Counted from the whole stretch's first letter, positions 12,426-25,496 are shown. The stretch: 63,334 nucleotides of DNA, filler included, from Chiloscyllium plagiosum (GCF_004010195.1; 5 parts of one record of this genome joined end to end with filler, not necessarily neighbours in it); one strand, 5' to 3'. Notes: generated by a model not told the origin, from the sequence alone. Numbers and translations are program-made.

Positions 12426-12731
12426 GTTTAGATCACTCAGTGTGGAAACAGGCCCAACAACTCCACATCGACCCGCCGAAACGCAACCCACCCAGACCCA
12501 TTCCCTTACATTTACCCCTTCACCTAATGCTATGGGCAGTTCAGCATGGCCAATTCACCTGACCTGCACATTTTTGGACTGTAGGAGGAAACCAGAGCAC
12601 CTGGAGGAAACCCACACAGACACAGGAAGAATGTGCAAATTCCACACAGACAGTCGCCTCAGGCAGGAATTGAACCTGGGTCTCTGGTGCTGTGAGGCAG
12701 CAGTGCTAACCACTGTGCCACCGTGCTACCC
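12426..12731 (-). mobile_element. tRNA-derived SINE (HE1/V-SINE type)
   Basis: Reverse strand begins GGGTAGCACGGTGGCACAGTGGTTAGCACTGCTGCCTCACAGC (A box), then GGTTCAATTCC (B box), then the central TGGGTTTCCTCC..CAGTCCAAA domain and a CR1-like tail. Confidence 0.9.
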
Positions 12732-14385
12732 ATTGTTCTCTGATGTCATTCATTCTCAGCTGATCTGGCCTATGTATGTTTCCAGTTTCCAGACCCACAG
12801 ACTTGTGGTTGATCCTCTGAAATGGCCTAGCAAGTCCTTCAGTTGTATCAATCACTACAAAGTCTCAAGGAAAAGAGCAAAATGGACTGCTTGGCATCAA
12901 CCAAGGCACAGGAAAAGACAATGACAGAAACAGCCCTGCTGATCCTGCAAAGTCCTCCTCACTAACATCTGGGGGCTTATGCCAAAATTGGGAGAGCTGT
13001 CTCATAGACTAGTCAAGCAACAGCCTGACACAGTCACACTCACAGAAATCATACCTTACAGACAATGTCCCAAACTCCACCATCACCATCCCTGGATATG
13101 TCCTGTCTCACCAGCAGAACAGACCTAGCAGAGGTGGCAGAACAGTGAGACACAGTCAGGAGGGAGTTGCCTTGGGAGTCTTCAACATTGACTCTGGATC
13201 CCATGAGTTTAAACGTGGGCAAGGAAACCTCCTGCTGATTACTACATACCGTTCTCCCCCAGCTGATGAAATCGGTATTCCTCCATGTTGAACCACACTT
13301 GGAAGAAGCACTGAGGATGGCAATTTTATTCAGGGCAAGGGATTTCAATGACCACCATGAAGAGTGGCTCAGCAGCAGTACCACTGATAGAGCTGGTCAG
13401 GTCCTAAAGGACATAGCTGCTAGACTTGGCCTGCGGCAGGTGATGAGGGAACTAACAAGAGGGAAAAACATACTTGACCTCACCTTTACTAATCTACCGG
13501 CTTCGGTACATCTGACCATGACAGTATTGGCAACAGTGGCTGCCACATAATCCCTGTGGTGGCATTGCGAACAACCTCAATTGTGTAAAGTGCACTATGA
13601 CTGTGCTAAATGGGATCAACTTCGATAAGATCAAGGAACTCAAGACTGGTCATCTATTAGATGCTGTGGGCATAACAGCAGCAGAAGTGTGCTCCAGCAC
13701 AATCTGTAACCTCATGGCCTGGCATGTCACCCACTCAACCATTACCGTCAAGCCAGGGGATCAACCTTGGTTCAATGGAGAGTGCAGGAGGGTATGCCAG
13801 GAGCATCAGGCATACCTGAAGATAAGGTGTCAAACTGATGAAGCCACTAAACAGGACTGCGTGCATGCCAAACAGCATAAGCAGGAAGTGATAGACAGAG
13901 CTAATCCCACAATCAACAGATCAGATCTAACCTCTGCGGTCCTGCCACATCCAGCTGTGAATAGTGGTGAACAAATAAACAACTCACCAGAGGAGTAGGC
14001 TCCACAAATATCCCCGTCGTCAATGACGGAAGAGCCCAATACATCAGTGCAAAAGATAAAGCTGAAGCAATCTTCAGCCAATAGTGTCGAGTGGATGTTC
14101 CATCTCCGCCTGCTCCAGTGGTCCCCAGCATTACAGATGGTTCAGTCAATTTGATTTATTCCACATGATATCAAGGAACGGTTTGAGACACTAGATACTG
14201 AAAAGGCTCCAGACCCTGACAATGTTCCAGCAATAGTACTGAAGACTTGTGCCGAGTCAAGCTCTTTCAGTACAGTTGCAACACTGGCATCTACCTAAGG
14301 ATGTGGAAAATTGCCCAGATATGTCCTGGACACAAAAAGCAGGTAGAATTGAACCTAGCCATTTGTTATCCTACCAGTTTACTCT

Positions 14386-15650
14386 CAAAGTTAGACAGAG
14401 GCTGGTGGTGGAGGGTTGTTTTTCAGACTGGAGGCTTGTGACCAGTGGAGTGCCACAAGGATCGGTGCTGGGCCCTCTGCTTTTTGTCATTTACATGATT
14501 TGGATGTGAGCATAAGAGGTACAGTTAGTAAGTTTGCAGATGACACTAAAATTGGAGGTGTAGTGGACAGCGAAGAGGGNNNNNNNNNNNNNNNNNNNNN
14601 NNNNNNNNNNNNNNNNNNNNNNNNNNNNNNNNNNNNNNNNNNNNNNNNNNNNNNNNNNNNNNNNNNNNNNNNNNNNNNNNNNNNNNNNNNNNNNNNNNNN
14701 NNNNNNNNNNNNNNNNNNNNNNNNNNNNNNNNNNNNNNNNNNNNNNNNNNNNNNNNNNNNNNNNNNNNNNNNNNNNNNNNNNNNNNNNNNNNNNNNNNNN
14801 NNNNNNNNNNNNNNNNNNNNNNNNNNNNNNNNNNNNNNNNNNNNNNNNNNNNNNNNNNNNNNNNNNNNNNNNNNNNNNNNNNNNNNNNNNNNNNNNNNNN
14901 NNNNNNNNNNNNNNNNNNNNNNNNNNNNNNNNNNNNNNNNNNNNNNNNNNNNNNNNNNNNNNNNNNNNNNNNNNNNNNNNNNNNNNNNNNNNNNNNNNNN
15001 NNNNNNNNNNNNNNNNNNNNNNNNNNNNNNNNNNNNNNNNNNNNNNNNNNNNNNNNNNNNNNNNNNNNNNNNNNNNNNNNNNNNNNNNNNNNNNNNNNNN
15101 NNNNNNNNNNNNNNNNNNNNNNNNNNNNNNNNNNNNNNNNNNNNNNNNNNNNNNNNNNNNNNNNNNNNNNNNNNNNNNNNNNNNNNNNNNNNNNNNNNNC
15201 ACTGTTGGAATATTGCGTGCAATTCTGGTCTCCTTCCTATCGGAAAGATGTTGTGAAACTTGAAAGGGTTCAGAAAAGATTTACAAGAATGTTGCCAGGG
15301 TTGGAGGATTTGAGCTATAGAGTGAGGATTTGAGCTATAGGGAGAGGCTGAGCAGGCTGGGGCTGTTTTCCCTGCAGCATCAGAGGCTGAGGGGTGACCT
15401 TATAGAGGTTTACAAAATTATGAGGGGCATGGATAGGGTAAATAGGCAAACTCTTTTCCCTGGGGTGGGTGAGTTCAGAACTAGAGGGGATAGGTTTAGG
15501 GTGAGAGGGGAAAGATATAAAAGAGACCTAAGGGTCAACGTTTTCAGTGCTGGCAGGTGGGACTAGATTGGGTTGGGATATCTGATCGGCATGGACGGGT
15601 TGGACTGAAGGGTCTGTTTCCATGCTGTACATCTCTATGATTCTATCTAG
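14386..15650 (+). mobile_element. CR1 LINE 3' portion spanning an N gap
   Basis: Motifs [15 protein letters not shown] and LEYCVQFWSP, with a CTCTATGATTCTA tail. A 17-bp local duplication GAGGATTTGAGCTATAG lies near 15304-15340. Confidence 0.9.
14580..15199. other. Assembly gap (N run)
   Basis: Continuous N. Confidence 0.99.
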
Positions 15651-18353
15651 GTGATGGAAGGAATCATCAACAGTGCTATCAAGCAGTACCTGCTCAGCAA
15701 TAACCTGCTCAGTGATGCCCAGTTTGGGTTCCACCAGGGCCACTCACCTCCTGACATCCTTACAGCCTTGGTTCAAACATCGACAAACAGCTGAATTCCA
15801 GAGTTGAGGTGAGAGTGACAGCCCTTAACTTCAAAGCTGCATTTGACCAAATGTGGCATCAAGGAGCCCTAACAAAACTGGAATCAATAGGTATTGGGGG
15901 GCAAACTCTCTGGTGGTCAAAGTCATGCCTGCCATATCGGAAGATGGTTGTGGTTGTTGGACATCTGTCGTCTCTCTTCCAGGACATCTCTGCAGGAGTT
16001 TCTCAGGCTAGTGTCCTCAGCCCAACCATCTTCAGCTGCTTCATCAATAACCTTCCCTCCATCATAAAGTCAGAAGTGGGGATGTTCACTGATTGGTGCT
16101 GAACATTGCACATTCACGACTCCTTATACTGAAGCTGTCCGTGTACAAATGCAACAAGATTCGGATAATATCTAGGCTTGGGCTGACAATTAGCAAGTAA
16201 TATCTGCACCACACAAATGCCAGGCTGTGACCATCACCACTGAGTTAATCTAATCACCACTGCTTGACATTCAATGGTGTTACCATCACTGAATCTCCTA
16301 CTATCAACATCTTGGGGTTGCCATTGACCAGAAACCCAACTGGACTATAAACATAGTGGCTACAAGAGCAGGTCAGAGGCCAGGAATACCACGACAAATA
16401 ACTCACCTCCTGACTCCCCAAAGCCTGCCCACCATCTACAAGGCACAAGTCAGGAGTGTGTTGGAATACTCTCCACTTGCCTGGATAAATACAGCCCCAA
16501 CAAAACTCAAGAAGCTTGACACCATCCAGGACAAAGCAGCCTACTTGATTGGCACTGCATCCACTCCCTCCACCACCATGCTCAGTAGCAGCAGTGTATA
16601 TTATCTATAAGATTCACTGCAGAAATTCACCAAATCCTCAAACCCACAACCACTTCAATCTAGAAGGATAAGGGCAGCAGATACATGGGGACACCACCAC
16701 CCGCAACTTCCTCTCCAAGCTACTCACCACACTGACTTGGAAATATATTGCTGTTCCTTCACTGTCGCTGGGTCAAAATCCTGGAATTCCCTCCCTATTG
16801 GCATTGTGGGCCAACACACAGAAGATGGACTGCAGCAGTTCAAGAACGCAGCTCACCACCACCTTCTCAAGGGCAACTATGGACTTGCAATAAATGCTGG
16901 CCAGCCTGCAACACCCACAACCCACAAATGAATATAAAGAAACAATGAGCAGGAGTTACTGTTTGTTAGGACATCAGTAACAAGGTTCTCGATAACTAAC
17001 ATCAAGAGCACAAGTGTAAATTGGAGGAGTTCATTGGAATCAGCAGGTCTAGAGGCAACAAAGGTGCAAAGGAACATTTCAGTAGCAGCTATGCTGAGGC
17101 AGAGGCTGAGTCAGTCAATATCAACGATGGCATTAGACATCTTATTGATAACGTAGGCATGTAGATGGAATGTCATAACAGGCCAAATATAACACCAAAT
17201 TTGTGAACTGTCTGATTCAGTGTCATTGAGTTGGCAAGGACCAGGATAGAATCAATAGTTCAAAATCGTTTTAATCCACTTTCTGACAGAGGTAAACCTT
17301 GTGCTTCGCCCCTTATCTATCTGTAGCCAAACAAAACCCCATAGTGAATAATTGCTGAGGATCTACTTTTGTAAAATCAATGGCTGCATAAAGACACTAG
17401 CTTCAGCAAGTAGAAAGCAGTTTTCAAATGCATATTTCTGCTGCCTGTGAATGGTTTCAATACCAGAAAACAAACTCATCCAATTTACTTATAGAGATGA
17501 TTAATGGCATGGGTGACAGCAGAGTGCTTTACTTTCATAAAAAAATTATTTGTAGTTGAAGTTTATGCATTTGAGTTATTTATCTGCAAACAGAGCCAGT
17601 TAAAAAGCATTTTACAGGCTGGTTTAAAAAATTGCCACCTACTGAAATTATTTGTTTTGTCTCGACATGAGCAGTTGGTGTTTACCGATGTTATGGTTCG
17701 TGGCTTAAAAGCATCATGATAAAGGTCTTATCATGAAGATGGACTCACGTTTAATTGGGTGTATTTTAATCACAAGATTGCAAGATGGATTACAGGGAAG
17801 AAAAGACATTTGTTTCATACCAACTCAGTCATCGAGAAAAGGAAGAAACTACAGGTCCCCTCTCATATATTCAAGCATTTCTTAAAGTAATTAAAACAAT
17901 ATGCTGGCTAGTGCATATGTCAATCAAGTCCTAATCATGAATGTATGCTCCTAGGTTGGTATATGTTCCTAATGGATATTTATAAAACGGAGTCTTTAAT
18001 GATGAAGAGGAAACTATATTCTAACTGCAGGTCCCTCTTCAAACAAAGATCAACAAACGTGAAATATTTGGTGATATAGTAGCAGAGAAGTTTTGCAAAT
18101 ATTTACTAAGCTTTTATTTTCAAAGAAGCATACATAATGCAGAACACCAAAAATGTGATAAATGTTTAAGCTATGATTAAGCAACGATTGTTGGATCTTT
18201 CCACTGTGTTTAACTAAAGGGGAAAGAAATTATTGAGACTATATTGAAAAAAAAAGTGGACTTCAAGCTGTTCTTTCTGGGTAAGCTGTCCCAAGTGAGT
18301 TTGTGGTGCCCTGGTATCTTAAGTCTATGCCTAGTTCAAACATCTCTGGATCG

Positions 18354-18600
18354 TGGGTGGCACGGTGGCTCACAACGTCAGTGACCCGGGTTCACTACCA
18401 CTCTCTGGTGACTGTCTCTGTGGGATTTGCCATGCAAAATTACCCATCGTGTCCAGGGATGTGCAAGTTAGGTTCCATAGGAAATGCAGGGTTATAGGGT
18501 AGGGGGATGGGTCTGGGTGGGATGGCCTTTGGAGAGCCGGTTTGGACTTGATGGGCCGAATGGCTTGCTGCCACACTGTAGGGATTCTATCATTCTATAT
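18354..18600 (+). mobile_element. HE1/V-SINE-type SINE, internally deleted
   Basis: Head GGGTGGCACGGTGGCTCAC..GACCCGGGTTCA, body GGGTCTGGGTGGG, tail CTGTAGGGATTCTAT. Confidence 0.8.
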
Positions 18601-18884
18601 CATTAAAGACTGAATGTACAACAGAGAGTGCAGAAGTCCTGATTTGGGAATTGATTGGGAAATTTAAAGTTTCAGTGGGAAATTCTTTGTTGTCCATAAT
18701 CCTGAATGAGAGTCACTGACTCTGAGGTAGAGTTCAAGACTTGTGTTAGAGCTGCACAACCTATTTTGATATTTACACATGATAAGTAAGGGTTAAAACT
18801 TTTCCTAACACCTAGGAAACTCAATGACTGGCAAACCACACTCCTGACTACAATACCTCGCCCTCTACACCAGTCCCAGGGTTC

Positions 18885-19025
18885 ACTTACCCACCTCATC
18901 CACTCACCCACCTTACCCATCTATCTATTCACCCACAAACCAATTCACCCACTCATTTACTCACCAACTCACCCATTCATCCACTCACTCTTTCATTCAT
19001 GCACTCAATAACCCACACAGATTCA
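18885..19025. repeat. Degenerate (CACT/CACC/CATT)n low-complexity tract
   Basis: Runs such as CACTCACCCACC..CATTCATCCACTCACTC. Confidence 0.75.
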
Positions 19026-20261
19026 CTAAAATATTGGACATAAATATTTCCCAGAATATGGCTACTGGTGCAGCAATAAAAAGGGATCACGTCTTCCCTT
19101 TCCAATCCACCCCTCCTTCCCCAATTCTACTTCAATCCACTGAACTAAGAGGAGAGATGTCATGCAGTCTGTTTCTCCTTCAGTCAGGATCAGAAGATCC
19201 AAGAGGAAACAAGTAGTCATATCTGGTCAGGAAAATTGTCACGCACAGTGGCAATGGGCCACAACATTGCCACTGACTGGAGGATTCAAGTCCCCAACAT
19301 TCAAGGTGTCAACTTAAAAAGTAACAAAATTGCTATAACAATGATGAGAACCAGTGCTGACTCTGGACAGAGAAATCAACAGAAACCTTTCTCTAATAAA
19401 TGACATTATAAATTGCTCACATTGTCTTCTTTTAGCTCTTAATAGAAGATGGACATGTACAAATTTGGAGGGTATGCTGAAGCCTAAGAAATTACACATC
19501 ATCTGTTCCTGGGCATAGACTTGATCTGCAAGTTTAACATTCAGTGAGTGAGTCAGTGGTGTATATGTACAGCAGCACTGAGCATGACTCCAGCATGGAG
19601 ATTATTCAAGTCAAACCAAACACGCCAAGATCTGGTCTATCAGGTGCCAGTATTTATAGCACAATGTGTCGATGTAGTCTTCAAGCAATTTTTTTTGCTG
19701 AGAGAAGGTGTTGGTTACAGACTGATGCTTTCCTGTACAGAATTCCAAGAGGGTGACCTCCACTTTCATTGCAGTTTCCAACTTGCAGTTTTTCCGATCG
19801 CTCCCTTCCACACCTGTCTGATACTGCCAAGTTTGGCATTGCAATTGCCGAGGACAACAATGTTTTTCTGGGGAGTTTGTGGAAGTCTCAGAACTAGTTA
19901 ATGAAGGTCTAATTGTATTTATTTGGATATATAAAGATATTGTGACTAATGCTGGAAGTTGAAAGTTATTGCAGAAGTTATTGAAATTCAAGATTAAGTT
20001 AATCTGTTGAAATTATGGACAAAGACCAGAAGCCAAACGGCTGTACTTTTAACTACTTTCTGATTCAGCATGCAAAAGAGGAAACTAGCAGTGATCATAA
20101 ACTGGATTGTATTTAGTTATGAGCGTAGTGTTTTCAAACATCCATATGTGGAAAGAGATGGGCAACAATGATCACAATATCATAAGATTTCGACAGTCAG
20201 ACAGAACCAAAGGTGTTTGAAACAAGCTCCATTAAAAGAGCTATACTGGACTAAAAATGCT

Positions 20262-20355
20262 AACTTTATTTCTCTTTCCACAGATACTGCTGAGTTTCTC
20301 CAGCACTGTCTGTTTTTATTTCAGATCTCCAGCATCTACAGTACTTTGTGTTTAT
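20262..20355 (+). mobile_element. Degenerate PLE-type terminus
   Basis: CCACAGATACTGCTGAGTTTCTCCAGC..GATCTCCAGCATCTACAG, homologous to the termini at 24357 and 52320. Confidence 0.55.
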
Positions 20356-21781
20356 CTTCATCTTCAAAATGATTTGATCAAAGTTTGAAAAGAATAGAAT
20401 GCGTGCGTGAAGATATTTTATTCCACTAAGTAGGATGAAAGAATTTGAAGGCACCACCTCGAGTTATACAAAGGCAGAACGAGGTAAAGAGATTTCAAAG
20501 GGTAGGATCTTGCTGGATCCTGTGATGAAGATGAATCACTAAATTGCTTCAAGCATGCCTTCATGACTGTACAGGGTAGACTGTTTCCCTTCTGTCCAGT
20601 TATAATACATTCATGAAACCAGACAGAGATATGTTTATCAACGTTAGTATTTTAATACGCATTCTTTCTAGACAGGATTGCCGACAGTTACCCAAATAAA
20701 CAATACATACTTTCATTTCTAGCAGCTCCGACAGATTGAAAAGGACCATGTGCAGCTTGTGTCATGTGCCAACCAATGTAGTTCCAAGGCAGATGAATCA
20801 CATTACCATCAATTTAACTTTTATAAGAGAAATTTCTTCATGAGTGAAATTATCTTTATGACTTTCCGATTTATTGTTTTTTTTAGCTAATGCACTCTAC
20901 CCAAGAAGAGACATGTTTACATGGAAGCTTTTATTTATGCTGAAATCTGACCTTTCTGAATTCAGGAAAGACAGCGCCTCACGGCCAGTTAAAACATTTC
21001 TTAATTTGGCCTTGTCGTTGAGTATTATTGGCAGACTCCCTGCACTTATCCGAAAGCTTTTCCTGCGGGTTGATTTTTTTCTTACTCCCAATATTTCTTC
21101 TTCAGGGCTGTAGTTTCTTCTTTCGTCAAAACAGATAATCAGCCAAAACAGCCTCAAATGTACTCCCTTTTTAAAGAAACAGAAAATTGCATACTGTTGA
21201 GAGGTGGGAGGACAAATAACAAGTTTACAGACAATGAACAGTGTTTAAAAAAAGGCAAAGTTCATGGTTTCAAGGCAAATGTTAGAAATGAGAAACTACA
21301 GTTCATTACACTTTCAGTTTGAGTCAGTTGCAGGTTTTATTAATGAAAAATCACATGTTACATAACTAACAGATAGTAGCATTTGTAATTTTTAGACCGA
21401 TAAACCCAGAGAATCACAGCCTATGCTGTCAAGGTACTGTAAACAGTCAGATAATCATATAATAATAGAACTGTAGAAAATCTAGTTGTAGAAAAAGGCC
21501 ATTCATCCCCTCATATCATTTCTAGTTGACAAATAGTTGTGCAGCCTAGCCTACTTTTGTGTACTAGGACTCTAGCTCTGTAGTAAAAATCTAAGACTCC
21601 ATAAATGTGGTTAGAGTTTCTGCCACTGCCACACTCTCTTGGGGAAAAAAAAAGTTCCCTCATCTCTCTCTTCAACTCTTCTACCAATTACTTAAAAATA
21701 CACCCGTTGATTTTCAACTACTCTAATAAGGTAAGTAGCTTATTCTGTTGTGCCTGTCACGCAGGGTATTTAACTCTTATT

Positions 21782-22163
21782 AGTGAGTTTTGATAAAATT
21801 TGTAGCTCAGGTTGAGGTTCTGGATGTAGCTTTGCTCGCTGAGCTGGGAGGTTCAATTCCAGATGTTTCGTCACCCTACTAGGTGACATCTTCAGTGGGC
21901 CTCAGGCAAAGCAGTATACATGATTCCTGCTTTGTATTTATATGTTTGGGTTTCTTTGGGTTGGTGATATTATTTTCTGTGGTGATATTATTTCCGGTGA
22001 TGATGTCACTTCCTGTTCTTTTTCTCAGGGGGCGGTAGGTGGGGTCTAACTCGAAGCAGGAATCATGTACACTGCTTCGCCTGAGGCCCACTGAAGGCGT
22101 TACCTACTGGGTGATGAAACTTCTAGAAATGAACCTCCCAGCTCAGCAAACAAATCTACATCC
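21782..22163. mobile_element. PLE insertion (second family) with inverted termini and a 14-bp TSD
   Basis: TSD ATTTAACTCTTATT at 21768-21781 and 22164-22177. 21820-21932 is the inverted counterpart of 22054-22163. Both arms carry a hammerhead motif. Confidence 0.85.
21856..21900 (-). ncRNA. Minimal hammerhead ribozyme motif (second PLE family)
   Basis: CCA-CUGAAGA-U-GUCACC-UAGUAG-GGUGAC-GAAAC-AUC^-UGG. Confidence 0.75.
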
Positions 22164-23274
22164 ATTTAACTCTTATTTCCAGCAAAGAAACTGTGAATCG
22201 ACTCAATAATAAACAATAATATTTATTTATTTAACACAATTAATACTATAATAACAAAATACACTATAAACTAACAATTTACACTACAAATCTAATCAAC
22301 TATCTTGTTCTTTAACTTCACTCTGGATGATCGTATCCCACCACACCAGACCAGATCTTGGCCTTCATCCATGTGGTGATGGTTGATTGGTCTTCTCCCA
22401 GGGATGTCTTCTCTTCTTGGAGATCGGTCTCGAGTTACTGCTGCTCAGTATGGTGTTGCAGCAAAGTCTTTGTGCCTTTTTGTAAGGGTCTTTACTGCCC
22501 ACCAATGGATCGATCAGGCTCGATCACCCTGCTCGGTTGGACCCAAACAGGCATTGGCATGTCGATGGTTGCGTGGTCCTTACGCATCCATTCCTGGAGG
22601 TGTTGGGCACACATAGCTCCCTCCAAGTAAGGGTGTGAGGCTCCCCCAGTCTGGTACACACCCCAATGTTTCTGATTGCCCTGAGGATGGCATTCCAGTC
22701 GACTCTATTCAAGCCCAAATTCCGGTGTGCACTGTGTGGTCTGCAGCTACCAGGTTGATTACATACTGTCTGCTGGTAGCTGCAGCCTGTCTGGATTCTG
22801 CAATATGTTTATTAGCACAGTCACAATGGTAAAAGCTTGCCTTGATCTCCCAGCATGCCTCAGTTTTTGTCCATTCTTGTTTCTATCATAAATCCATCCT
22901 TTTGAGTGGCCCATCTGGCCACAATTCCAATTGCTCCCTATCGGCCCTTCATTCCCTTATATACCATAGTTAGGGCACTCTCCCACTCTGTTTCCCTTTT
23001 ACAATGGTTCTTGGAGTTTAGCAAGATAAAGAACAAAATCATACATTTGGCTCAACCACAAACGTGATTATTAAAATAAACCTCTTAAATCTCTGATACA
23101 AACTCTCCAAGCCTGTCCAAACTACACAACACCTTGATAGGTGTGTCCTATTTAAATCTGTCCACAAGTTTATCTTGGCTCCCACCCAAAACGCGTTCAT
23201 TCACCAGGAGAAAAATCATTGTCACAAAACTGGAGACAAAACCTTACGTGTCTGCTTAAACCTTTTAAACTCTT

Positions 23275-23583
23275 CAGGGGGGGGGGGGGGGGGTTTAAAC
23301 TAATTTGGCAGGGGGATGGGATCCGGACTTGTAGTCCAGCAAGTAGGCTAGCTGTTTGTCAGGATGTCAAAGAATGTAGGGAAGCTGTGGAGAAGGTAGC
23401 ACTGACAGGGAATACTTGCGGACACAGAGATGGGTTCAAGTGTGTATACTTCAACGCAAGGAGTATCAGAAATAAGGTGGGTGAACTTAAGGCGTGGATC
23501 GGTACCTGGGACTACGATGTTGTGGCCATCACGGAAACATGGATAGAAGAGGGACAGGAATGGCTGTTGGAGGTTCCTGGTTA
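23275..23583 (+). mobile_element. Young CR1 ORF1-ORF2 junction and endonuclease start, at a contig end
   Basis: CVYFNARSIRNKVGELKAWIGTWDYDVVAITETW. Confidence 0.9.
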
Positions 23584-23683
23584 NNNNNNNNNNNNNNNNN
23601 NNNNNNNNNNNNNNNNNNNNNNNNNNNTTAATTAATTAANNNNNNNNNNNNNNNNNNNNNNNNNNNNNNNNNNNNNNNNNNNN
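23584..23683. other. Artificial scaffold linker N44-TTAATTAATTAA-N44
   Basis: Exact 100-nt pattern with stops in all six frames, repeated four times in the window. Confidence 0.97.
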
Positions 23684-23877
23684 TGGAGGCTGGTACAATT
23701 GCAACATTTAAGAGGCATTTGGATGGGTATATGAATAGGAAGGGTTTGGAGGGATATGGTCCGGGTGCTGGCAGGTGGGACTAGATTGGGTTGGGATATC
23801 TGGTCAGCATGGACAGGTTGGACCGAAGGGTCTGTTTCCATGCTGTACATCTCTATGACTCTATGATTCTATGACTC
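23684..23877 (+). mobile_element. CR1 3' end
   Basis: FKRHLDGYM-coding end, 3'UTR and a (CTATGACT) tail. Confidence 0.9.
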
Positions 23878-23885
23878 AGGTTCAA

Positions 23886-24050
23886 ATCATAGAATCCCTA
23901 CAGTGTGGAAGCCATTCAGTGCATTGAGTCCACACTGACCTTTCAAAGAGCATCCTACCCAGACCCACCCCCATCCTATCCCTATTACCCTGCATTTTCC
24001 ATTGCTAATCCACCTAACCTGCACATCTTTGGACTGTGGGAGGGAACCAA
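23886..24050 (-). mobile_element. HE1-type SINE 3' half
   Basis: AATCATAGAATCCCTACAGTGTGG..CCTGCACATCTTTGGACTGTGGG. Confidence 0.8.
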
Positions 24051-24312
24051 GGGAAAAGTTGCAATCATTTAAGTACCTATTGAATTCAAATAAGGAACAA
24101 CATCAAATAAATATGTAATTACTATAGGCATGCAAACATTTCAATTGTTCTTGGATTTATAAGATCATCTACTGAGCTGAAGATTTGGAAACCCAGCCAA
24201 GCATTCCTAATGGAACTTGTTATAACTGCAGCTGAATTTGGACAGGTTGTAAAATGGGATAATAAAAAACAAATACTGTCAGGTTATATGCATATAAACT
24301 GACATTTTCCTC

Positions 24313-24405
24313 AATTCTGAGGAAGGGTCACCAGACCTGAATATCTGATTTATCTTCACAGATGCTGTCAGATCTGCTGAGCTTTTCCAGCATCTTCCAG
24401 TTTTG
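24313..24405 (+). mobile_element. Degenerate PLE terminus with a broken hammerhead motif
   Basis: TTCTGAGGAAGGGTCACCAGACCTGAA followed by CACAGATGCTGTCAGATCTGCTGAGCTTTTCCAGC. Confidence 0.65.
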
Positions 24406-24409
24406 TACA

Positions 24410-25494
24410 TAAGAACAAAGAAAAAAAGAACAAAGAAAATTACAGCATTGGAACAGGCCCTTTGGCCCTCCAAGCCTGTGCTGATCCAGGTCCTCTATAT
24501 AAACCTGTCACCTGTTTTCTAAGGATCTGTATCTCTTTGCTCCGTGCCCATTCATGTATCTGTCTGGATGCATCTTAAATGATGCTCTTGTACTCACCTC
24601 TACCGCCTCTGTTGGCAACATGTTCCAAGCACCCATCACCCTCTGCATACAGAACTTTCCATGCATATCTCCCTTAAACCTTTCCCCTCTCACATTGAAA
24701 TTGTGATCCCAATAATCGACTCACCTACTCTGGGAAAAAGCTTCTTGCTATCCACCCCGTCTATACCTCTCATGAGTTTGTAGACCTCATTCTGGTCCCC
24801 CCCCTCAATCTCCAACTTTTGAATGAAAATAAGCCTAATCTAATCAATCTCTTTTCATAGCTAGCACCCTCCATACGAGGCAACATCTAGGCGAACTTCC
24901 TCTGCACCGTCTCCAAGGCATTCACATCCTTTTGGTAATGATGCAACCAGAATGGCTAAACCAAAGTCTTGTACAACTGTAACATGACCTGCCAACTCTT
25001 GAACTCAGTACCCTGGCTGAAAGCATGTCATTTGCCTTCTTGACCACTTTATTGACCTGTGTTGCCGCCTTCAGGATACAATGGGCCTGAACACCCAGAT
25101 CTCTCTGTACATCAATTTTCCCCACGGTTTTTCCATTTACTGTATAGTTCGCTCTTGAATTGGATCTTCCAAAATGCATCACCTTGCATTTGCCTGGATT
25201 GAACTCCAGCTGCCATTTCTCCACCCAGCTCTCCAATCTATCTATATTCTGTTGCATTTTCTGACAGTCCCCCTCACTATCTGCTACCCCACCAATATTA
25301 GTGCCATTTGCAAACTTGCTAATCAGACAACCTGTACCTTCCTCCAGACCATTTATGTGTATCACAACCAACCATGGTCCCAACACAGATCCCTGTGGAA
25401 CATCACTGGTCACATGTCTCCATTTTGAGAAACTCTCTTCCCCTACTACTCACCATCTCCTGCTGCCCAGCCAGTTTTCTGTCCATCTAGCTAG
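24410..25494 (-). mobile_element. CR1 LINE 3' portion (RT)
   Basis: ORF 24922-25413 contains VPQGSVLGP and FNPGKCKVMHFG; the tail is AAGAACAAAG-type. Confidence 0.9.
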
Positions 25495-25496
25495 TA

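Larger units (their letters stand above)
12252..16944 (+). mobile_element. Decayed APE-RT non-LTR retrotransposon of a second family with a tRNA-like 5' head; interrupted by a SINE (12426-12731) and a CR1 (14386-15650)
   Basis: B-box GGTTCGAATCC at 12305-12315. EN motifs LTNIWGL, DFNDHH and GKNILDL. RT motifs FKAAFDQMWH and GVSQASVLSP. The 3' end reads GCAATAAATGCTGGCC..AATGAATATAAA. Confidence 0.8.

Noticed and set aside
14416..15333. Long ORFs of 218-305 aa (also 35022-35558)
   Set aside because: Their length comes from N gaps.
19544..19991. Overlapping 70-126 aa ORFs in unique DNA
   Set aside because: No recognisable domain and no convincing splice-site pair.
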